A stretch of 64,000 nucleotides of DNA from Octopus bimaculoides (lineage: Eukaryota): the NCBI RefSeq assembly GCF_001194135.2, contig NC_068984.1:56707740-56771739 (forward strand). Direction: 5' to 3'. Shown here piece after piece: positions 24,032 through 37,644 of the stretch; the stretch's first letter is position 1; every line of letters begins with the position of its first letter. A program made the translations under genes and the position numbers. The notes under the pieces were generated by a model that saw nothing but the letters and a program-made list of their open reading frames with translations, made no database searches and had not been told where the DNA came from.

Positions 24032-27000
24032 GAAGAGAAAATTTCGTTCACAGAAAAGTTGAACAATTCACATTTTCTTCTCGTTCAAAATCCTCGTAAT
24101 CCTTATCACCATCATAGTAATTTATGCTTTAATGAAGCGAAGACTGGTTGCAACCAGCAAGTTAGCAGTCGTAATTACTGTGGCACCGAGAACACAGTAA
24201 ATCATTTTGGGCTGCTTTCTCCCTACTCTGCAACAAAGGGGCCGCCGTGTATCGAAGCTACTTACTGCTGTGACTGCTGTACAACTAATCATCATTACTA
24301 CACCAACTCCGGTACTAACAAAAGTAACGTTATTACTACAACTACTGACAGTACCTGCGTTACAAGGACCACTTGCATTAAGGTAAGCAAGAGTGAAAGA
24401 TCGTGGAAAAGTAGTGATACTTTTGACTCTGATAAGGAAACCTGTCGAGTAAGCACTAACCAAACGACCGACTGCGTTGTTTGTACTTTAGGCTATCGCG
24501 GAAATGAACTGTCTAATGCGGCGGCAACAACGACAGCAACATCAACAACAACATCATCATCAACAACAACAACTTCAACAACTCACACAGATCATATACC
24601 AGTGGCTTGTAACGAAACCGTTCTGAAAGAGGGTTCGCTACCGTTGTTTATCCATGCTGATAGTCTGTTACATAGGAAGTATAGCGGCAACCGTAGTAGT
24701 AGTAGCTCTGTCTTATTGACAGAGCAAGCAGCAGTACACGACCACCCCACATGCACGGCAATACGGTCACTTTTACCAACCTATTCCAACTACGTTGGTA
24801 TAGCCAGCAGCAACAGTGGTTGTAGCGGTGACGGAGACGGCGGGGAAAAGCCTATCGCAGACACTGGAACAGCGGAACTTGCGCTGCTGGAACTGAAAAC
24901 GAAACCGGTCAGTACACCTCTGTATTTACCTCCTCAAACTAAACATTCTCCGTACGGAAACAGTGATCGTTTGTGTTGTCAATACAAATACTATTCTGAC
25001 AAACGTGAAACACGACAGAACTTTTCAAACAAATCGACCAATTACAGGTGTATAACTGCAAAATTCCCAAGTGCACAGTCAGTAGCGAGAGAAGCAGAGT
25101 CGTTACAACAACTGCTGTGCGGTAGTGATAATTCTGATAATGTTGTTCTTTCTTCAAATGATGTTTGTGGAGATATCGAGTCGGGTTCGGAAACGCGGAT
25201 AAATTTCAATGAAGGCCCTAACATGGATTCTACAAAAATTATTAACAACCAACCTGCTGACGGATTTCATAACTCAATAGTCTACCGAAAGTGTGACAGA
25301 ATCTCTGGTGAGGGTTCTGGTGAAATTATTTTATCTTCGGACTACGGTGGTGTATCCTCCGGTAATCGCGTTGAAATGAAAAAAAGTTCATCTCCTTGTA
25401 AAATACCTGTTCAACAGAAACAAAAGACAAACATGAGTACAGGGACTAAACATTCTGTGAAATCCAGCCAGCTTCCTCGTGGAAAATCTACTTTGATTGA
25501 TCAGACCACCAGGATCTCCTTTAACAAACAAACCAGCCAACAGACAAGTGCTGACAGTAGTAGACTTCCGTCTAAATGCACAGGTAAAAAATCTTCTCTT
25601 GTTAATGGGGATACGAATGTTAAGAAACAAGGTGATAAAAATACAACAAATTTAAAAAATATCAACGTGGGTAAATCTGTTAGTAGTTCTAAAATACATC
25701 GTAACACAGCATTAAGTAAAACTAAACATCAAACAACCAGTGATATAAGTTCTAAAAATTGTAATGAATTAATTTCAATTGATAAACATATTTCTACAGT
25801 TCTGTCTGAAGAGTCACCAGAAGATAGTGAATCAGCTATTGATGAAGTGAAAGTAGTTAATGAATTAAATGATAAATTCCGTCTTCGGTCAGATTCAGAG
25901 TCCAGCCATGCTAGCCATTCTTCTTTTTGTTCCCAGCTATCCACTTCATCGGTTAAATCATCTATTTGTCTTCCAAGTTCCACTAAAGGTGGGCTTGGGA
26001 AAACTAGTAAAATTCTTACAAGCTCCTGTTCTCGTTTAGCTGTGTCTAAAGCAGAAACAAAACTACAGAAAAAACCGTCCATGCTAAGCCGTACCACCTC
26101 ATCCACAACTGTCTCTCGAACTAGTAATTCTGCTTTGTCTCACCCATCCAAGTCATCTCCTGCACATTCACGCCTAACGTCACGAGTTAACACTGAAAAC
26201 TTACAAAGAGCTGTGAGCACAGGTTCTTTAAGAAATAATTCCAATAAATCTAGTATTCCTCCTACTGGCAGACCTAATACAACAGTTACAAAAAGTAGTG
26301 GTTTGTCACTGAGGCAAAAGAAAATTGCTGATTCAGCATCTGATCTTTCAGTTAACTGCACAACTAGATTAGGTAGCAAAATTCAAAACAAAGAAAGTTT
26401 AAAGACAGTCAGTTCCGAGAATTTGTCAAACAAAATTCAAAACTCATTTGGAAGAAGTTGTGAAAATTTAACAAAAAAGAAAAAAAATGTGTTACAAGCA
26501 AGTTGTGAAAATTTGTCAGTTAAATCTCGCAATAATTGTGTCACCACTCCTGACTGTACACTTCAACAAAAAGGTATTTCGCACAATAAAAAATTAACTT
26601 CCACTCAAAACATTAACAATGGAGGTTTGGTTCATCAAAAGGAAAAATACAGTGGTGGTATGTCTTTATTGAAGGCGAGCAGAATTAGTGGCAGCAGCAG
26701 CAGTTCAATTCCTACTGCCGCAACTGCAGCTGATAAACTGGACAATAAAAAATTAAGTAATCTCCGCTCTAGCACCTCCGCAGTTACTGAGCGGAGAACA
26801 GGTGTGGGGCTAGGTAGCAACCAGGAGGGCAAACCAACCACTAATATTGATAGATCTCAGATTAAAAAGAGTGTACCAGCTACAGGTAAAAAAACTACAT
26901 CATTAAAATCAAATGAAGCTATTGAACCATTATCTAAAAAGAAACTTGTAGCAAAAACAAGTCGAGGTTTTAGTGACCATAAAGTGACTTCTAATTTGCC

Positions 27001-30000
27001 TACTGCTTCTTCTAAAGCTTCATCTGGCATTAAAAAGTCTAAGTTGTTAGAGGCTCAGTCTAATAATGTGATTAGTCAGACAGCTGGCAAAAACTTTCAG
27101 GGAAGAGCAACCTATGACAGTAACCGGTTACAGCTGGATAAAACCAAGAATACACTTTCTGTTAATGAGGTAGAAAATTTGGAATTACATTATAAAGAAC
27201 TAGATGATGCACCTGAAAATGAAGATAAAGTTGACAAAGATAGCTCATCAACAAAACCAAATATTTCTGAAAATTTTGCTTATGATGATTACATGATTAT
27301 AACTGAGGCCCTTTCTGATGAAAGCATATCTGGGCCCAGTGTACATGTCGGAGATTTAGACAATGTTTCAAACCCCAACCACCTCTCTGATGTTGATGCT
27401 TCGGAAAGTTATCAAACTAGTTCTTCAGCTTCTGCCCTGGACATCAGTTTACATGAGGACTATGTGTATAATGGATCTCTTGTGACCTCTTCTAGTGACA
27501 ACTGCACCGACAAGCACACTGGCTTCCAGCGCACACAGTCAGCTGTCCATGCTTGCAGAGAAGTTACCAACAGCTACCAGGCTAACACCAGTGAGGATGA
27601 GTGTAGTGAAAAAGAAGAAAAAGAGGAAACAGAGAGAAAAGAAGACATAGAGGAAAACAGAGTAAAACTAAAATTATCAGACCATGGTGTAATTAAATCT
27701 GATGCCTATTCTGATAAAACTTTTGACTATGAAGCTAGTTATGACTGTAATCTTTCCAGCTGTGGCTATCAGCAGCCACAGAAACATTATGGACAGCCCT
27801 ACCCCCATCAACAATATCCCCACCATCCCCCTCAACACCATTATCATCCCCCACACCAATCTACTGGAACTGAGAATAGTTTTAAAAATTTATCAACAGA
27901 TGAAGGGAGGGGTGCTCAGTCTAGTCCACAGCTTCATAGTATTAATGATAGTAAATGTGTGTATAGCTTTGAATTTGAAGAGGGACAAAATCAAAAGCAG
28001 GCGGAAGAAGATGGGGAGGAAAAAGCAGTGGGTGAGAGTGAAAACTTAGAAGAGAAAGCATCAGTGGTTGTATTTAAGTCAGCTGACATTTACAGAGTGG
28101 CAGGGCATGGGATGCCAGTAGTAGAGTTCACCCCGCCCCAAATAGCCCACCACAATATTTTGAGGAATGAAAACAGTGGTAGTGGTGGTTGTAACCCAGT
28201 TTCTGCTACAGACAGAACAAGTAAAGATGTGACAGCTACCAAAACTACTACAGTTCTGAGGGGAGACGCTGATACTGAAGGAGAACTCGCAGGAGCTGAG
28301 AGAAGCGATGAGGAAGCTGTCGACTGCCCTGTCAACAGACTGTTGCAAAGAGAAAGAGACAGACCAACATCATTCACACAAGTAAATGTTGGTGAAGAAG
28401 CTCTGTTTAAGCAGCAGATAAGTTTTGGTGAAGTTGCTGTGACAACAACAACAACAACAATACTTGCAGCAACAATAAAAGCTGATGTTACCAATTCCAG
28501 CCTTCAGGAAATGGCAGACCAACCAGGGATCCAGTCCTCTAAACTACAACTAGGAGATCTTCATACATCTCAGTCAAGAACCCAGTCCTACAACAGAGAT
28601 GTCATGTGTGAAAAAGGTGACTTATCAAGGAGTACTGCTACGCTGTTTATGGAAGAACAACAACAACAGCTGAATTCTAATGCAACCAGGCAGATGACAG
28701 GCCCATTCTTACCATCTGAAATGGGATTCCTTGCTGGTCAGATGCTCAGCCCCTGCAGTAATGACAGCAGTAGCTTCAAAGATATCAGTGATGGTGCTGT
28801 CACACCTCTCAGTGATGTACAGGAAATATTTGACCAGGAAACCTCTCAACTGAATGACATGGGCAATGTGGATGAGCTAAGCAGTACCTGTAAACTTGTT
28901 AGTGATATTACAGAAGGTGAAGTTGAAGGTGTCCTTATAGAAATTGAAGACAGTACTTTACAAGTGTCTGGGAGTCCAGATGGTGAAGACGAGATTATAG
29001 TAGAAGAGCAGGATTATGTTGTGACTGATGAGAGGAATTATAATGAAGAATCAACTCATTTTACAAATGATGATATAATCGGTGAACGTCCAATTGTGGA
29101 TGCTGGAGAAGATCTTGCTGAAGTGACGCTGGATAGTAATGAAACACAAAATTTATGGTTCTCAATTGAAGCAGAAACAGACAGTCAATATGAAAATCTT
29201 AGTACATCAATCACACTAGAAAATATAGCGGAATCTAGTATTGGAGAGGATGTTGAAGAACTCCTTGACCAGACTCCCAGTATTGAATCTAGCAACACCT
29301 CCTCACGAATTCATGGAAATTTACGTGAAAGTATTCTGAGGCAGTTACAAACACAAATAAGTGAAGATGATGCTCCAGATATTTTAACAGAGGAAATATC
29401 TCCAAGCCTTGAGCATTTGCAGTTAAGAACAAAATCTGAGGAAACTGATTTTGGTGAATCTGATCAACAACTAATATCAGGATGTAATGAAAAAATGATT
29501 AACAAAGATTTTTATTTGCATTCCCATCAATTGGAACCCTGTTTTCATACTGATTCCCTAGCTGAGAATATCCAACAAAGATCTGCTGATGTGAAACTGG
29601 ATAACTTTAAAAGTCAAACTAAAAACAGTTTGTCTGGAAATACTGTTTTAGATGATAAAAACTTACTTGAAACAAATGTCAACTTTAATGAAGATGTGCA
29701 GAGAGCATATACTAATAGCCTTAAATATGGATATAAAAATGAATTTGATTCTTTGGATGTCAATATTTGTAATAATGATATTTCTCAAGAAATGGAAATA
29801 GAAGACGGAGGTTTTGTTATTCTCAAGAATGAAGGAGTGAAGAAAACCAATGATAATTCCAATCAGGATTTCACACTTCGGCAACTTCAGGGAACTCTCA
29901 ATCTAAGGAAACAGAAAATTCTTGAACTTTGTGGGCAAACAGAATCAGTTTCAAGCAAGGATATTAAATCGCCCTCTCCTACAAAGATTTCAATTGATAG

Positions 30001-32104
30001 AAAAGAAAGGTCACCAAGTTTTAAAAGATTGGATGCTTTTTGTACAAGCCCTGGGAGTGTTAATGAAAATATTAGCCCTACAAAAGCTAATTCTTCTTCA
30101 GCATTAAACATACCAAAAGCAGACACATTGCAAAACCTAAGTCCAAAGACAGATGAAATAGTTTCACCAATAAAAGAATCTTGGATCAAACATGAAGGAA
30201 AATGGAAAAGAGGATATATACTTGATGATGGTTCAAGTGTTCCGTCTGAAAAATATCAGGATTACATTTTGAAATCTATACCAGTTACTCCAAGCAGTGA
30301 TGGAGAACACAGTTTTGAGAAATATTCCTCAGCACAGATTGTGAAGAGTGATAGTTTTGAAGAAAATTCCTTGACTTTAAAGCAAGAACAAAGTAGTAAT
30401 TTTGAAGAAATTTCTAAATGCAGAATGGAATTGTTTAATCAGAACCCTGTACTCGAAGAAGAAGTCTTTGGAAATAATGAAGCAGAATTCACTCATGAAA
30501 ATTTTAAAATGCACAAAACTGTGTTGGGAGATATTATAAGCAGTAAAGAATCTTATGATTCTGTAGATGGCCAGCCATCTGAAATAAATATGCTTTCTCT
30601 TGACACCAACTCAAAAATAAAGGATTATGGAGAAACTGAGATAACTGAGGCTGAGATGACACATAAATCACAAGCTGAGCTAACTTTGCAGACTGAAAGT
30701 GTTCAACCAGTCATTACAGAACAGAAGACTTATTCACCAGAAATTGTGGATGACATACCATTTGTTGATATGGATGAAACTGTATGTGACTCCAACATTG
30801 TTAGCATTGCTTCAGTTAAGCTAAAAAATAGTGCATCTCAAGATATTCCTGAAGTCACTCCTACGCAGGATACACTTAGTTCAGTGAACACGGAGTTTAA
30901 AAGCAAAGAGATGGTATCCATATTGGATTTACAAGAAAATACCATGGAGCAAGTTCCTCATCCTTCAGTGATTGAATCAACTTCTTATAATGAGCATGAA
31001 ACAGCTGTTGATTTGGATACTATTACAGATGACCCAAGCACACATTCTTCTGTTGATGAGTTGAAGTGTGAGCCACTTATTGATTCGGGTTTTGAACACC
31101 CACTTCATGAGTTTGATAATGTATCAATGGCTGTTTCAGATATTGTAACCACGAATGATACTGATATTGAACGATTAATAGATTCAGGCATTGCACAACC
31201 TTCAGATATGGATTGGGTTCCTATTACAGATGAATATAATATTTTACCTGCTAATGCTGAAGAGTGTATACCATATTTGAACTGTGAACCAGTGAATGGA
31301 AATAAAAGGATGCAACATGATTCAGATGATGCACTACCAATCCACAGGAAAGAAGTAGTAAATGAAATTAAAATTGACTCTCCTAGAAAACTCATTGATT
31401 CTCAGTCCCTGCCAATGGATATACCTCAAGGAAAAATCCCAGGATTAAGTACAGATACTGAAAGAAATAAAATAAAAAATAAACATACAGAGAAACAAGA
31501 AATGAATTTTGCAAACAGTTCAGATACCTACCATACATCTGAGGAAACAGAATCATCATTAGGAAATCAAAGAGATATGTCCATGTTAGAGCAAGATATT
31601 TATGCTTCTTCACCTAGAGAAGTTGGTTCTTTATGTGATGAAATTTTCAGCATTATTGGTTCACCAACTTTATTGAATGAATCTTGGAAGAAATTGTCAC
31701 AGAATAAATCTGAAAGTGACTTAAGCAAAAGTGAGAATGAACTCTATTTTGATGGAAAAAGAACATACAGAAATTTACCCACGTCTCGATCAGTTTATGC
31801 AAACATTATTCGATCTTCTATTTATGAAAACTCTGAATCAGAAAGTTCAGAATCACTGGATTCTATCACCAAAACAAGTTATGATGATTTAAAACAGACC
31901 AAAGATAAAAACAACATCAAACTGAAAGGACAGGGATACTCTTCAAACGAGGATTCTCCTGAAGGTTTAATGTCATCCATGGATTTCTATTTAGATGCCA
32001 GCGAATTTGCTCGAGCTTGTTGGTCTGATAGGAGTACCTTGTCTGAATTCTACCCAGTTGGATCACATCAGAAATTGAGAGCTAGTGATTCATCTACCTA
32101 CGGG
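24032..32104 (+). CDS. Giant coding exon (about 8.07 kb, 2,691 codons) of an unidentified large, mostly disordered protein
   Basis: Stop-free frame 23948-32176 in AT-rich DNA. Consensus donor GGG|GTAAGT at 32104/32105 in phase 0. Candidate in-frame acceptor ctatctctgtttacccag|GAA at 24031/24032; alternative start is the first in-frame ATG at 25223 (aacATGG). The 5' boundary is uncertain; no globular domain recognised. Confidence 0.85.
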
Positions 32105-32110
32105 GTAAGT
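32105..32110 (+). promoter_or_regulatory. 5' splice donor ending the giant exon
   Basis: GTAAGT; composition switches at once to T-rich intron-like sequence and the frame stops 25 codons later (TGA 32177-32179). Confidence 0.85.
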
Positions 32111-33014
32111 AATTTATTTTTCCCACATTTTCATTTATTAATATTATATTATAACCAGTGTCACACTACTAATATCTGATGGTTTCTGTCTTTGTTGTGC
32201 ACAACCTCCTTTTACACACATACACATGCACCTGTCCTTCTATAGTAAATCTGATACCTTTTAGTTTATCCTTTGTTATTATAAAAAAAATTTCACATTT
32301 ACATACATGTAAGATATTGTACTAAATGAATCTGGTGATAAAGTGAAATTGGCAATCTTTATTCTGTTTTTGTATTTTAGAAGTTGACTCTTGAATGAAG
32401 ATTTTCAGTTGTCTGTTTCTACAATTGTGATTATTGAGATACACTAAAATATATATTAAGACAGATTGCTAGCTAGTGTGACTGAGTAAAATAGTGTATT
32501 TGATAGATAAAAAGTGATTGGGTAATAGAGTTCACCTTATTAAGCGTACACCCATACATTGAAAGCTATGTTTTGCCTCACAGTCTCTTTCACCTGATTG
32601 CTTTTTGACCAACTGCTTAGCTTTCTCTGTATAATTTTATGAATAAACTAATGTCATAGACTCTAGCTTACTCTTTTTACATGTATTGAATTTTCACAAT
32701 TTTTTTTCTGTATTCAAATAAGCTTATCATTTTTGGTGGGTATCGGGCTAGTGTGTGTATGCGTTTTTACACACACAAAGAGTTTTTGACTAAAACTCAA
32801 GAAGCAAAACCTCATCAATAAGTATAAGTAATTTGTCACAACTCTAACAGCACATATATATATATGTATGTATATGTGTGTGTGTGTGTATATACACACT
32901 ACTTATAAATATGCATACAGAGACATGTGTACATACATGTCTGTGTGTATGTGTGTGTCTGTATATACACCACTCATATATACATAAAAATGTATATATA
33001 TGTGTACATATGAA

Positions 33015-33590
33015 GTGCAGGCTTGGCTGTGTGGTAAGAAGCTTGCTTCTCAACCACATGGTTCTGGGTTCAGTCCCATTGTGTGGCACCTTGGGCAAGT
33101 GTCTTCTACTATAGCCTTGGGCCAACCAAAACCTAGTGAGTGGGATTTGGTAGACGGAAACTGAAAGAAGCCCGTCGTATGTATANNNNNNNNNNNNNNN
33201 NNNNNNNNNNNNNNNNNNNNNNNNNNNNNNNNNNNNNNNNNNNNNNNNNNNNNNNNNNNNNNNNNNNNNNNNNNNNNNNNNNNNNNNNNNNNNNNNNNNN
33301 NNNNNNNNNNNNNNNNNNNNNNNNNNNNNNNNNNNNNNNNNNNNNNNNNNNNNNNNNNNNNNNNNTATATATATATATATATATATATTTATGTGTGTGT
33401 GTGTCTGTAGTTGTTCCCCCCACCCATCACTTGACAACCAGTGCTGGTGTGTTTATGACCCTGAAACTTAGCAGTTTGGCAAAAGAGATAGATAGAACAA
33501 GTACCATGCTTACAAAGAATAAGTCCTGGGGTTGATTTGTTCGAATAAAGGCGGTGCTCCAGCATGGCTGCAGTCAAATGACTGAAAGGT
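33015..33590 (+). mobile_element. SINE family A (gap in central microsatellite)
   Basis: Head and core 33015-33180, tail 33390-33590. Confidence 0.85.
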
Positions 33591-33766
33591 ATAGAAGAGT
33601 ATTTGTATAAATAGATATGTGTGTATGTATGTACAGACATACATCATATGTACATATATGTTTGTGTGTGTGTGTGTTCATATGCACATGCAGGCAACAC
33701 AAGTATACTTCCCTCTTATTTCATGTGTTGTAACTGTTAAAGTAACAACAAACAATATACATTTTA

Positions 33767-33806
<40 letters not shown>

Positions 33807-34702
33807 TTTTGTCTTTTCAGTTTGAATAGCATGTATGTAATTTTCTCTCTTTATTATTTACACAGCAATATATTTCTTGGCTATTTTTCTCCCAGGGTTC
33901 TATATATCCGCTACCATTCTGCTATTCTGATAAGGAGAAGGCATTTCAATTATATATGCTTTACATTAAAGAAGAAATCTTTCTATAACTTTACTGATAT
34001 ACCTCATGCTTACACATACAATTTCCAATTTTAATGTAAGAACAAGACTTTATTTAGTTTTGTGATTATAATTAAAGGTTTTGATATTTAAATATTTATT
34101 AAAGAATCTACTTTATTTATCTAAATTATTTTTTTATAAAAGACTCTATTTAAATTATTTTTATAAAAGAATCTATTTCTATTCATTTATATTATCTTAA
34201 TTCAAAATATTGTCTTATTGAAGTGGGAGAATGTATATTTCATCTAAATTTTTCTCAAATTCGGCCTGATCTTGAAACATGCACAATTTCTGAAATATAG
34301 CTTTCTAACACTCACACACATACACACATTTATATGTATGATGTATGTGTGTAGAGGAGGGAAGAAGAATTATTTTATTAAGCCAGAAGTGGCTATAGTC
34401 ATTTTTATAGTTTTGGCTTTCAGCAGTCTCTGACTACATATTATATCACTAAAAATGCTTTTGACATTTAAAATAAGGGGGCACATATGTCAAATTCTCA
34501 CCACCAATTTCAGTTGCTGTGAAATATTGGTTCACATGGATAAACCATACAGATATCTTGGAAGTATTATTGGTGCAGTCAGTATCTGTTCTGCTGCTAT
34601 GTATACTACAACTGAACACCCTATTATTAACTGCCCCCACTCTTCCACCTTTATAAACACTCTGCTTACTATGTTACTGCTTATATACATACACACACAC
34701 TG

Positions 34703-34760
<58 letters not shown>

Positions 34761-37644
34761 TAGACACACGTGTGTGTTTGTGTGTGTGTGTTTGAATAGT
34801 TTTAACAATTCACAATTTATGCTTAGGAACTGTTGTTAATATTTAACAATATTGCTTTCTCAGTGTTGAAAGTATATTGTGAACACACTTAGATGTATGT
34901 TCAAGCTATGTTTTTATTTTATTATTTCTCTTCTGTTCTGTAGTATAGTATTATAGTATTGTTTAGTAATTATTTTAAATATATCATAGAGAATATATCC
35001 TTACCCCACCTCCCCCAAAAAGACAAAAAACAATGAACTTAATTTCTAGGCCTTAAAAACAAATTTTAACAAAGAATGCTATTGTACAGTATAATGTACA
35101 GTAAAAAAGACTAGCAAAAATATGTAAGAGACTAGCCAAATATTTAAAAAAAACAAAATGAATAAAAATAGCCCCATTTCTCTTCTTTAATGTTAAATGC
35201 TTTCTGTGTCTCATAAGAGATAGTATTGTATCTTGCTCCATTTTTAGGTATAAAACTTGGTTTCTCTTCAGCAAATGGTGTAATTGTTTAGGGATATTTT
35301 TTGTTAATGTTTTTTAGTTGGAGGTTTTTGTTAGTGGTATTTTTAGGTTCCTTATAAGTCTAGTGATAACCACAGATAAGTTTGGAATGTTACTTTACTG
35401 ATGATAGTTGTTCTCTTTTACTGAATCTGGAATCAGAGATTCTATTTCTTTTTTCCCTTTCCTTAAACCTCATGGTATTCAGCTTTAATTTTTTTCTTTT
35501 TATTATTCTTAACCTCAGGTCATTTCTGACTGACATGACTTTATGATTAAAGGCATTCCAGCTGTGACCATCCTGTCTTTTTATTGGATGTCTATGACTA
35601 CCATTTCCTATTATGTCATTTCTTTGTTTAAGGCACTTGGATGTCATAGGAAAGATTTGACTGCTATTTCTAACAGGTTGAGTAACCATGTAAAAGGCTT
35701 CCTTCTCAGTGCATTTGTATTTTGTTATAACAGAAGGGAGTAATAAGTTGGGATTAAAGAACTGTTTGCTTTAATTACTTCTCACTTCATACACACTCAT
35801 ATGCCTTTAAAATTTCTGCTACTGCTCTTATGCTGTAATAATACTTATCTTTTGAAAACCACCTTGTTGGGGTGTCTGTGTGGCATATAAGCAGAATCAG
35901 CTTCAGTGTGTATCAGATTTGTTTTCATGAACTTGTCAGAAATTGTTAGTTTAGTAATGGGATTCCAAAAGCCTGAAAAATAACCCCACTGAATTAACTA
36001 TCTTTGCATATTGCTTCAGAAAATTCTTTGCATCCACTATGAATGAAAATGAGGTTTTCCCAAATTGTCATATATCTCTTCTATTTTATAAAAAAATTAT
36101 TCAGATTCTATATTTATAGATGGTTATATCTGCTATACATTAGGAATTTCTATTGAAATCAGTTTGTAATTTCTTTTTTATACTTTCTGGACAGGATTTT
36201 CAGAATTTTGTTCAAATTGGCAGTGAAAATAAATTGCAAATAAAATAACATCAAGATTGATAATATCTTGTGTTTGAACAAATTTCTTTTGATCTTAATA
36301 GATTCCTTTTCCTTGTTTCCTTTTATACTGTAATTTACTGTTTAACTACAAGATTTTGCTAAACTGGAAATTTACTGAAAATTTGGAAATTGAACTAGAT
36401 GATTGTAAATTGAAAATTGCTAGACATCTGATATTTGCATATAAATATTTAAACATTTGACAATTGTGTCTTAAAAGTGCTAATTTACTCTTAGTTGTCG
36501 TTTTATGGCAATTAAATTGAAAATGGAATTTGTGTATTTACTTTAAAAAAAAGTAACTAATTTCCATTATCAACATATATTTTTATTACTAGATTTTGTT
36601 AACATATCCACTTTCTTGTGTCAAACTGATTGGTGTAACTGTTTAGTTAATTTTCTATGAAGGGAATGGATACCAACTGCATGTCATAGTTGAATAAATT
36701 GGTTTAAGTACTGGCAGGCTTTTGTAAAATTCTTTGAAATGACTAAATTTCAAGGACCACCCAGCTTTTGCTGCTAAGGAAAATAAAAGTGAAAACATTG
36801 AAAGGTTTCCTTCTACATCTGTTTATTCTTAGTATTGTTGAAATTTTCAAAATTAAGAAACAAGATTTAATTTAACCCTTTCAAGCCAACAAAATAGCTG
36901 CTAATAGTCATAAACAAATTATTGTTTTAAACATAATTAGTTTTATTAAGGATTTTTAATAAGGCTTTCCCCGACCCATTGAATAATTTTAATTAAGACA
37001 TTTTTAAATCTATTAAATTAATCAAAAATATATACATTTAAAAGAATGCAGTCTTTATAGATTTTGAAATCATATTTTCATCTTGTCCTGCTACTCTATA
37101 CTATATTACTAAGTAGACTAATTAAATCTACTTTAAGTGAAAATCTTTCCTGATACAAATCTATGACAGATACTTGAAATTGCACTAGTTTCTTTGTTTA
37201 ACTGAAATCCAGTGGGAAAGAACTGCAGCAATTGAAATTACAAAAAGAAAAAAAGACATTTTGATTGGTCTAGTGTAACTCTAAATTTGCACTAGTAATA
37301 TTAAGAATCATATATACTACCTTTTAACTGAATTTTTTCTATTGGTCTATCTTAACAACTAAAATAAATTCTAGGTAATATTCCCAGACAGTTGCCGATG
37401 TTTTTCCTCTGCAGAAGAATAACTACCAATTTAGTTGATTGTTGTAGCATTATTGCTGTTTTATGCTAAAAGGCTTGATATTTTATAGACTGTTTTTTTT
37501 ACCATTCACAATGTTTCCTTTAGCAATTGTTCTTTTATTTAGCAGAGCTATTATTGTTTCCTTTCACTGCAAAGCATTATTGCAAACTAGCAAGACCCTA
37601 ACAAATCCATCTATACATTATTTTAGCTTCAACAATGTAGTTAA

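Noticed and set aside
37390-37620. Possible Tc1 transposase N-terminus on -
   Set aside because: Too degraded and no TIR found.
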